Source: an uncultured Planctomycetaceae bacterium (GTDB taxonomy: Bacteria; Planctomycetota; Planctomycetia; Planctomycetales; Planctomycetaceae). From it: a DNA stretch of 64,000 bases. The stretch covers positions 248,001-312,000 of the forward strand of contig CAXBME010000004.1 of assembly GCA_963976765.1 (NCBI GenBank), read 5' to 3'. Positions 56,530 to 64,000 of the stretch are shown here, one piece after another; position 1 is the first letter of the stretch, and the number at the start of each line of letters is the position of its first letter. The notes under the pieces are model-generated. The model saw only the letters and a list, made by a program, of their open reading frames with translations, was not told the origin of the DNA and did not search any database. A program made the position numbers and the translations under genes.

Positions 56530-59500
56530 ATGTCGAATCAGGACGAAACGCTGAACAGCGAAAACGACGATAAAAAGGGGCATATCGAGGCTCAGAAGCA
56601 GCCGGACTCGGTCGTTGACGGGCACTCCGAAACGATCATGGATCCAGATTCGAATCCGCCGACAGATGAGCCGACAGATCCTGAAAGCACTGTCGCGCTG
56701 CCGGAAGACCAGACGGTCGTCGAGGATTTGTCATTCGGTAACTCCGGAACGATTGCCGATTCGCCAGCCGACAAATCGCGAGCGGCTGAAGTCGCCAACG
56801 AGGTTGACCACACATTCGTCGAGCCCCTTTCCGGCATCATTCCGCCGCTGCAGGAAAGTGCGGACGCCCCGACGATAGCGATCGAGCTGCCAGCCGCTGA
56901 AACGGCACGAGCTCCCGACGAAGGCGACAAGACTCAATTGTCGATGCTCGACGCCGATCCTGACCAGACGTCAATGGAGGACTCCGTCGGTGATGAAGAT
57001 GGGACCGCCATGGAGCTTCCGGCTCCGGATGGCGACGCAACGTATATTGAAGGAGCCTCGTCGGACAGCAGTGAACCGGACGGGACAATCATCGAAGGAG
57101 TCGCCGCTCGGAAGACCGACCTTGACGGCACGATCGTTCAGAATTCGGCAGCCGGTCACGCCGAACCGGATGCAACGATCATCGAAGGCTCCACAGCGAA
57201 AGCCACCGACCCGGACGTCACAATGGTCGAAGGAGCGACCGGAGCTGAAAATTCGTCCGCGACTGGAGCCACAGAATTCGAATCCTCTTCAACCGGACAA
57301 GCATCCGGCAAAGGCAACTGGAACGAGACTCGCGAATCTGGCCGGAAGAAGCCGCCAACAGACAGGAAAGCGGCTCACGAAACCGCCAACCGCTGGGACG
57401 CCGAGCAGCGGTATCAGCTTGTCACAAACTTCGCGCGTGGCGGCCTCGGCCAAATCTGGATGGCCAACGATTCCCGGCTGCGTCGAGAAGTGGCGTTCAA
57501 GGAATTGTTGCCGAACGCGTTGAAGAATCGAAATGCGCTGGAGCGGTTTCTGGAAGAAGCTCAGATCACCGGTCAGCTCGAACACCCCGGCATCGTTCCG
57601 ATTTACGACATTGGCTATCAGGAAAACGGAACGCCGTTTTACGCGATGAAACTCGTCCGCGGCGAGACGATGGAAAAGGAAATCGACGCCTTCCATCAGC
57701 TCCCGAAAGGAAGCCCCGAATGGACGCTGACGTTTCGCCGACTGCTCGCCAGCTTTATCGACATCTGTAATGCGCTGGCGTTTGCACACGATCGCGGCGT
57801 ACTGCATCGAGACCTCAAGCCGCTCAACGTGATGATCGGCGCGTTTGGCGAAACACTGGTCCTCGACTGGGGCCTCGCGAAAGTGTTCGACGTCGAACCG
57901 CTCGACGACGAAACGCCGATCACAACCAGCACATCCGGCCTCGGTGCTGACGATCAGACAGTCATTGAATCCGAGGCGACGGGCCTGCAAACCGGTACAA
58001 GCGCCACTGAGTCCCCAACAGGCGGAGTCTCTGCTGCCGGCATGTCGAAAGGCGGTGCGTCGGTCGGTGGCCAGTCGCAATTCAGCGGCAGCTTTGGCTC
58101 GACCAGAAAGATGGTGCAGACCGACGTCCGCTCACGAGGCAGTCAGACGATGATGGGTTCCGTGATGGGAACTCCGGCTTACATGCCTCCCGAACAGGCG
58201 GCCGGAAAGCTCGACGAACTCGACGCACGCACGGACATCTATTCGCTCGGCGGGATCCTCTACAAGCTGCTGACCAATCATCAGCCGATCGCGCGAGGCA
58301 AGATTCGCGAAGTGCTCAAAAATGTCAAAGAGGGAAACATCATCCCGCCGCGTGAGCACGACCCGTCTATCGACAAACCGCTCGAAGCCGTCTGCATGAA
58401 GGCATTGGCAACGAACCGCGAAGACCGATACGACTCCGCGTTGAAGATCGCAGCCGATATCGAAGCCTGGCTCGCCGACGAGCCCGTTTCGGTTTATGAA
58501 GAACCGTGGCCTGTGAAGGCAAAGCGTTGGGCCAAAAGAAACCGTGCAACCGTCCAGAGTGCCGGCATCGCTGTCGCAATTATCGTTCTGGTCATCGCAG
58601 GCTCGGCCTGGTCACATTCCCGGGAACTCTCAGAAATTCGGAATGTTGCTCAAACGAAGTCTCAGTTGTCGGCCAAGGCCGCCGACGACGGCGACTACGT
58701 GCAGGCTCGCGAGCTACTGAATGAAGCCCTCGGGCGAACGGCCGAACACGTCGAACTGACCGAATTGCGAAGTTTTCTCAGCAGCCGCCTGGAGCTTGTC
58801 GAAAAGGACCGCCTGGCAAAACTCAGTCGCGACGTGGAAGCAAAACTTGCCAGTTCGAAATCGCAGATTCTGGAGGGCCGTTACGAGTCGGCTCGAGCAT
58901 TACTGACGGAACTCGCCACGCTTCTCAAAGGGGAATCCGAGTTGCCCGAGCTTGTCGCCGAGGTCACTCGCCAGACAAACACAGTCGCCGACGCACTGGC
59001 TGAGCAGGAGGCCGTCGCGGACACACAGGCTCGATTCAACGAATTTCTGACGGAACTTGATCAGGCTCGCATTCGATCGAGTTTTCCAGACGACGAAGAT
59101 GTCACTGAAGACGCAAAGCTGGCTTTCGAACACGTTCAGAAGGCGCTGACTCTCTTCGATCTTAACAAGCCGGAACCGTTGGCCGCTATTCCTCAGCACT
59201 TCTCCGAGCGTCTTCCGTGGACGCGCGAGTGGCATCAGAAAAACAAACAATGGCCGCTGCAAGCTCTGCGTGAAGGGACGTTTGAACTTCTGTTGACGGC
59301 GGCGGAGATGGAGTGGTGGCTTGCTCAGAACGAGACGGATGAAGACAAAGCGGCATCCGCAGAACGCTCTCTGGAGTGGACGGGCAAAGCGAGATCGCTG
59401 GGACTCCCGTCACAGGCATTGCTGGCTCGCGAAGCCAACTATCTGCAGGTAGCAGGCCGTGACGATGAAGCGAAACGCGTCTTTGAAGAAGCAAAACTTC

Positions 59501-61068
59501 TGGAACCGAAAACAGCGCTGGACTACTACCTCGTCGCCGAAAATCTGCGAGGAAGAGGCCATCTTAACGAAGCGCTGGAGTTCTACCTGAAGGCACAGCA
59601 GCTTTCTCCAGACCACTATTGGGTTCAGTATTTCCAGGGACTCTGTTATCGCAATCTGAGCCAGTTTGCAGCAGCCGCCAGCAGCTTTTCGTCGTGCATC
59701 GCCAGACGCCCTGACTACCCCTGGGCGTACATCCAAAGGGGAATCTGCTCGGCTCAACTTGGTCAGTTTGAGAATGCCTTTGCGGATTTCGACGAGGCAG
59801 AAAAACTGGAGCCTGAACTCTTCAGCGTCTTCGTCAATCGCGGAGTCATCCTGTTGACGCAGGGCCGGTTTGACGACTCGCTGAAGAATCTGGAGAAAGC
59901 TCGAAAATTAAACCCGAACTCTGGAAAGCCGCTCGTCAACATTGCGGCGGCGTACCTGGCTCTGGCGGGAGAGCTACAGAAGCCTTCTACGGAAAGGGCG
60001 GAAGAGGGCGGGACGGCCTCGAAGCCAGCGTCGGATCTCGAAATCGAGCAGCAGGTTCAAGACCTTTATGCGAAGGCGCTGGACACACTGGCAGAAGCGG
60101 CAGCAAGCGGCGCCGACAGCCATCCTGGCCTATACCAGTTGCGAGGGCGAATTTACGCATGGCAAAGCAACACGACGGCCGCTCTGGCAAGTTACCGACG
60201 TCATCTGGAACTCGACGGAAATGTTGACCGCAGAGCCGTCACGCTGAAGCGGATCGCGGAAATTCATTCGCTCCTTGGAGAACACGATCAGGCGGTCGAA
60301 AATCTGGAAGTGGCCAACAAACTGCGACCGACAGACCCAGATACCGTTCTGAAGCTGGCCGAAGCGCTGTTGCAGGTCGACGAGGCTCAGCAAGCGATCA
60401 CGCGATACCAGGAATTTCTGCAGCTGGTGAACGGCCAGGTCGAGAAGACGGTGCCGGAACCTCACCTCGTCTACAACGGCATCGCGACCGCGTTTCACGG
60501 AATGCGGAAAAAGTACGAAGCCGTTGACTATTACACTCTGTCGTTGATGTTTGACCGTCGGCAGGCTGTGCCTCTGACTAAACGGGCCTGGGCATTCCTC
60601 GAAGACAACGTCGAACTGGCGATTCGCGATTTCCAGACAGCTAAAGAACTGTCGCCAGACAACCCCGACACGTTGATCGGACTGGCGTCGGCCTACGCAA
60701 AGAATGGTCAGCGGCAGGACGCGACCCGAGAAGTTGACACGGCGCGGCCCCTTGCCCGCGCACAGGCTGCGAAAGTTGGACCAATGGCGTTTGCTCTATT
60801 TCACAACGCCGCCACGGTGCACGGTCGTCTGGCAGAAGCGGTGTTGCGTGACGCACGTTTGAGCAACGAATTGAAGACTCAACAATTTACCGAATCATCA
60901 GACAAGGCGGTTGAACTGCTGCGTGAGGCGTTTGAGGTTTCCAAATCCGACCCGAATATCGCTCGGGCCATGCTGACCGCTATGCAGACCGACGAAGCGT
61001 TGAGAGCAATTCGAGGTTCGCGGGCTTATCAAAAGTTTACCGAAGAACTCTTGAGTGGCACGAAGTAG
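56530..61068 (+). CDS. Large Ser/Thr kinase with acidic repeat N-terminus, one TM and C-terminal TPR array
   Basis: ARGGLGQIW, VAFK, HRDLKPLN, DWGLAK, GTPAYMPPEQ, TDIYSLG; TM at ~aa 677-695; many TPRs. Confidence 0.94.
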   Translation: MSNQDETLNSENDDKKGHIEAQKQPDSVVDGHSETIMDPDSNPPTDEPTDPESTVALPEDQTVVEDLSFGNSGTIADSPADKSRAAEVANEVDHTFVEPLSGIIPPLQESADAPTIAIELPAAETARAPDEGDKTQLSMLDADPDQTSMEDSVGDEDGTAMELPAPDGDATYIEGASSDSSEPDGTIIEGVAARKTDLDGTIVQNSAAGHAEPDATIIEGSTAKATDPDVTMVEGATGAENSSATGATEFESSSTGQASGKGNWNETRESGRKKPPTDRKAAHETANRWDAEQRYQLVTNFARGGLGQIWMANDSRLRREVAFKELLPNALKNRNALERFLEEAQITGQLEHPGIVPIYDIGYQENGTPFYAMKLVRGETMEKEIDAFHQLPKGSPEWTLTFRRLLASFIDICNALAFAHDRGVLHRDLKPLNVMIGAFGETLVLDWGLAKVFDVEPLDDETPITTSTSGLGADDQTVIESEATGLQTGTSATESPTGGVSAAGMSKGGASVGGQSQFSGSFGSTRKMVQTDVRSRGSQTMMGSVMGTPAYMPPEQAAGKLDELDARTDIYSLGGILYKLLTNHQPIARGKIREVLKNVKEGNIIPPREHDPSIDKPLEAVCMKALATNREDRYDSALKIAADIEAWLADEPVSVYEEPWPVKAKRWAKRNRATVQSAGIAVAIIVLVIAGSAWSHSRELSEIRNVAQTKSQLSAKAADDGDYVQARELLNEALGRTAEHVELTELRSFLSSRLELVEKDRLAKLSRDVEAKLASSKSQILEGRYESARALLTELATLLKGESELPELVAEVTRQTNTVADALAEQEAVADTQARFNEFLTELDQARIRSSFPDDEDVTEDAKLAFEHVQKALTLFDLNKPEPLAAIPQHFSERLPWTREWHQKNKQWPLQALREGTFELLLTAAEMEWWLAQNETDEDKAASAERSLEWTGKARSLGLPSQALLAREANYLQVAGRDDEAKRVFEEAKLLEPKTALDYYLVAENLRGRGHLNEALEFYLKAQQLSPDHYWVQYFQGLCYRNLSQFAAAASSFSSCIARRPDYPWAYIQRGICSAQLGQFENAFADFDEAEKLEPELFSVFVNRGVILLTQGRFDDSLKNLEKARKLNPNSGKPLVNIAAAYLALAGELQKPSTERAEEGGTASKPASDLEIEQQVQDLYAKALDTLAEAAASGADSHPGLYQLRGRIYAWQSNTTAALASYRRHLELDGNVDRRAVTLKRIAEIHSLLGEHDQAVENLEVANKLRPTDPDTVLKLAEALLQVDEAQQAITRYQEFLQLVNGQVEKTVPEPHLVYNGIATAFHGMRKKYEAVDYYTLSLMFDRRQAVPLTKRAWAFLEDNVELAIRDFQTAKELSPDNPDTLIGLASAYAKNGQRQDATREVDTARPLARAQAAKVGPMAFALFHNAATVHGRLAEAVLRDARLSNELKTQQFTESSDKAVELLREAFEVSKSDPNIARAMLTAMQTDEALRAIRGSRAYQKFTEELLSGTK

Positions 61069-61088
61069 AAGGGCGGGCACTGCCCACC
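61065..61088 (+). repeat. REP-like palindrome overlapping the kinase stop
   Basis: GTAGAAGGGCGGGCACTGCCCACC. Confidence 0.5.
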
Positions 61089-61159
61089 GACCGTTTGGAA
61101 CAGTCTGGTCCCACGAATCAAAGATTGAAATTTCAATCCTCAATTCGCAGGACGTTTAC

Positions 61160-61924
61160 TCATACCAGGTCGATTGAAACCGGCGCGTGGTCGGAAACCG
61201 TCATGCCACCTTCGCGGCAGATGTCGGCAGCTTTGAATCGCTTCTCGGCGGCGGTGTTGCCGATCAGGTAGTCGATGCGCCAGCCTCGGTCGAGTTCTCT
61301 CGCGCGGCCGCGATTCGACCACCAGGAGTACGGGCCCTGCATTTCGCCATAGTGATTGCGGACGAAATCCCGCCAGCCGCCAGCAATCAGATCGCCCATC
61401 CACTCGCGTTCGTGCGGCAGAAAGCCCGATGTGTTTTCGTTGGATTTCGCGTAGAAGATGTCCCGCTCGGTGTGGGCAATATTGAAGTCTCCACCCATGA
61501 TCACCGGTCGGCGTTTCCGCTTCAGGTCGTCGGCCCACGGAGCAAACTCATTGAGCCATAATTCTTTAACCTTCTGACGTTCGTCGCTGGACGATCCCGA
61601 CGGAAGGTAAACGCTAACCACTTCGATACCGTCGATGAGTGCTCGGACGATGCGGCCTTCGGGGTCGTCTTTGTCGAGGCCCGTGCCGAGGATTTCGATC
61701 GGACTTCGCGACAGGATTGCGGTTCCCGAGTAGCCTTTTTTCTCAGCGGGGTGCCAGTGAACGTGCCAGCCGTCGGGATTTACCCATTCGGGAGGAATCT
61801 GCTCAGGCAACGCGCGAACTTCCTGAAGCAGCAGCACGTCCGGTTGAACCTGCTCGACAATCTCAGCAAAACCCTTACGGATCGCGGCTCGGATCCCGTT
61901 CACATTCCAAGTGGTAATTCGCAT
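61160..61924 (-). CDS. xth: Exodeoxyribonuclease III / AP endonuclease
   Basis: TWNVNGIRA, LQEVR, KKGYSG, GDFNIAH, GWRIDY, SDHAP. Confidence 0.95.
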   Translation of the reverse strand: MRITTWNVNGIRAAIRKGFAEIVEQVQPDVLLLQEVRALPEQIPPEWVNPDGWHVHWHPAEKKGYSGTAILSRSPIEILGTGLDKDDPEGRIVRALIDGIEVVSVYLPSGSSSDERQKVKELWLNEFAPWADDLKRKRRPVIMGGDFNIAHTERDIFYAKSNENTSGFLPHEREWMGDLIAGGWRDFVRNHYGEMQGPYSWWSNRGRARELDRGWRIDYLIGNTAAEKRFKAADICREGGMTVSDHAPVSIDLV

Positions 61925-62033
61925 TTCAAAAGCTCTCGCGCGGTGTCAGAAACTGGCAACGCGAGAATCCTGGCAAGCCGTACCGACTTCGAACAGCGAA
62001 GCTATTCAGCAACGAGAGCAAATGAAGGGTTGG

Positions 62034-63443
62034 TCAGCCGGCGTTGCTGCGGGCTTCGTACTGGTTGAGTTTGTTGTAGAGCGTTTTCAGCGCGATCCCC
62101 AGTTCAGCAGCGGCTCGCGGTTTGTCTCCGTGATGCTTGTCGAGAACTCGATAGATGAGGTCCATTTCGATTTCGCGGAGCGTCTTGTTCTCGCCCGAGT
62201 TCCACAGCACGCCCGAACCGCTGGCGACGCTGGTTGGAGTCGAGAACGAGCTGGTCGGCGCCCCGATCGAATCCGGCAGATCATTAGCCACGATTCTCGT
62301 ACCGTCGCAAAGTGCCAACGCGTACTCGATGGCGTTGGCCAGTTCGCGAACGTTGCCCTTCCACGGGTGAGCTTTCAATGCTTCCACGGCATCCTTACTC
62401 AGAGTGACCGGTTGGCCGCCGTGCTTACTACGGTATCGATCGATCAAATGCTCGGCGAGCAGTTTGACATCGTCCTGGCGGTCGCGAAGGGTCGGAAGCT
62501 TGATCTCAAACGTGTTGACGCGGAAGTAGAGGTCTTCGCGAAACGTGCCTTCGTCGACCATTTCCTGCAGCGGACGGTTCGTCGCGCAAACGACTCGAAC
62601 ATCGACGTGGAACGCTTCGTTTTCGCCGATGCGGCGCAGTTCGCCAGACTCCAGAAACCTCAACAGTTTGACCTGAGTTGCCTTGTCGAGTTCGCCAAGT
62701 TCGTCCAGAAACAGCGTTCCACCGTTGGCCATTTCGATCAGGCCCTTGCGGTGAGTGTCCGCTCCTGTAAACGCCCCTTTGCGATGCCCGAAAAGTTCGC
62801 TTTCAACCAGTTGCTCGGGTAGTGCTCCGCAGTTGACAGCGACAAACGGCATGTCCGCGCGTTGACTCTGTTCGTGGATACTGCGTGCGGCGAGTTCTTT
62901 GCCGGTGCCCGTTTCGCCGAGCACCAGCACGCTGGACTCTGTCGGCGCGATCTTGCTGATCAGCTTTCTGACACGTTGCATCGGCGCAGAATCACCGACC
63001 AGGTCCGCAGAACCTTCAACGGCCTTCAGCCGCTGCTCAAGTGCGCGAGTCTTGTTCGCAAGCGTCCGGTTGGTGGCCACTCGCTGCAATACGGTCGCGA
63101 TGTCGACCAGTTTGCAGGGTTTCTGCAGGAAGTCGTTGGCACCGCGACGGATCGCCGTGACGGCTTCATCGAGGTTGCCGTGCGCGGTGTGAATGATGAT
63201 CTGGGTGTCTGGCGAAACCTCTTTCAATCGGTCGACCACCTGCCAGCCATCAATGCCGGGCATTCTGAGGTCGACGATGGCAGCGTCAAAAGAGCCCGTG
63301 TCGATGACCTCAAGGGCTTTCTCGCCGCTTTCGCAGACGGTTACGTCATGTCCCATGCGCGGCAGTTCGATGCGCATGACTTCGCGGATCATGGCCTCGT
63401 CGTCGACAAACAGGACGCGAAGTCGATTCGTCGGGTCGCTCAA
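62034..63443 (-). CDS. Sigma54-dependent response regulator (NtrC/AtoC family)
   Basis: Receiver FVDDE...DLRMPG; AAA+ GETGTGKE, GAFTGA, LFLDE, WKGNVREL; Fis-type HTH. Confidence 0.95.
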   Translation of the reverse strand: MSDPTNRLRVLFVDDEAMIREVMRIELPRMGHDVTVCESGEKALEVIDTGSFDAAIVDLRMPGIDGWQVVDRLKEVSPDTQIIIHTAHGNLDEAVTAIRRGANDFLQKPCKLVDIATVLQRVATNRTLANKTRALEQRLKAVEGSADLVGDSAPMQRVRKLISKIAPTESSVLVLGETGTGKELAARSIHEQSQRADMPFVAVNCGALPEQLVESELFGHRKGAFTGADTHRKGLIEMANGGTLFLDELGELDKATQVKLLRFLESGELRRIGENEAFHVDVRVVCATNRPLQEMVDEGTFREDLYFRVNTFEIKLPTLRDRQDDVKLLAEHLIDRYRSKHGGQPVTLSKDAVEALKAHPWKGNVRELANAIEYALALCDGTRIVANDLPDSIGAPTSSFSTPTSVASGSGVLWNSGENKTLREIEMDLIYRVLDKHHGDKPRAAAELGIALKTLYNKLNQYEARSNAG

Positions 63444-63858
63444 GCGAATCCTCCCTGATTAGCTATTCCAAACGAACACGACACAACCAGCGTCGCAACC
63501 TCATGTTGCGGGCGAGTCGTCAGATGTCCGAAAATGGATCGTTTCTGCGTCTTCCCTGACGCAAACCTGTCGATCGAGTCTCCCAATCCGATCGGCAGAA
63601 AACCGTGCAGTCTGAAAACTCACCGTTCCACAGCGAGCCATCCAAACAGCCCCGTCCAGACCTCAGAAAGTCCCGTCGGCCTGACCGGGCTGCGGGTGAT
63701 ATCAGAATCTTCGAAACCGGGTCAATCCGGGTTTTGAGTAAAACTGGCAACTCTGGCCAGCCATCACCGGTATGCCGGAAAGGCATCGATCAGGGTCTGT
63801 CAGGCAGGCGACTCGCCCCCTTTGGACCAGCCGTTTGGTTGACAGTTGCTGAGCGTTC

Positions 63859-63874
63859 AGGCACGATGATTGCA
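63859..63874 (+). promoter_or_regulatory. Sigma54 (-24/-12) promoter facing out of the window
   Basis: AGGCACGATGATTGCA = GG-N10-GC, close to consensus TGGCACG-N4-TTGCW; divergent from the bEBP gene. Confidence 0.7.
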
Positions 63875-64000
63875 CATTCCAAACGAGCCATCTCTGACTC
63901 ACCACTGTACGGACTGGAGTCCGTCGTTCAACGTTTCCTCTCGCAATGGATTGCTGGTTTCCCCGCCTTCCCTTTGAGCTTTTCCCGGCGTGTCCACGCG

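Overview
This window looks like a Planctomycetota (Planctomycetaceae-like) chromosome segment, judged from its DUF1501, DUF1552/DUF1592 and sulfatase-rich content. It has two parts. (1) Positions 1 to ~31.2 kb form an accessory sulfated-polysaccharide locus, probably for fucoidan/sulfated fucan. Seventeen co-oriented minus-strand genes encode five Cys-type sulfatases (one a two-sulfatase fusion that runs off the left edge), two DUF1552/DUF1592 cytochrome-c pairs, an FGE-like protein, a large beta-propeller protein, a 68-aa ORF, SGNH and alpha/beta esterases, a GH29 fucosidase, a GH168(GHL15)-like fucanase and an unassigned propeller-type protein. A divergent XylR-type regulator and a decayed TPR-like pseudogene close the locus. 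Six palindromic elements built from 10-11 nt CACRGAT units occur in it (five at gene junctions, one in a sulfatase 5' end) and were not seen in the second part. (2) Positions ~32-64 kb are core-like: amtB (with a sigma54 promoter), MOSC, DUF1326, DUF1501, rny, argC, a prenyltransferase-repeat/YkgJ pair, a five-gene PspA-like/FHA/Ser-Thr kinase/membrane protein/ECF sigma module, aroH, lpxD, lpxI, a SpoU methyltransferase, a 1512-aa kinase-TPR protein, xth and an NtrC-type regulator facing a sigma54 promoter. No rRNA, tRNA, CRISPR array or transposase was recognised. All family calls come from motif recognition by eye, not database searches.
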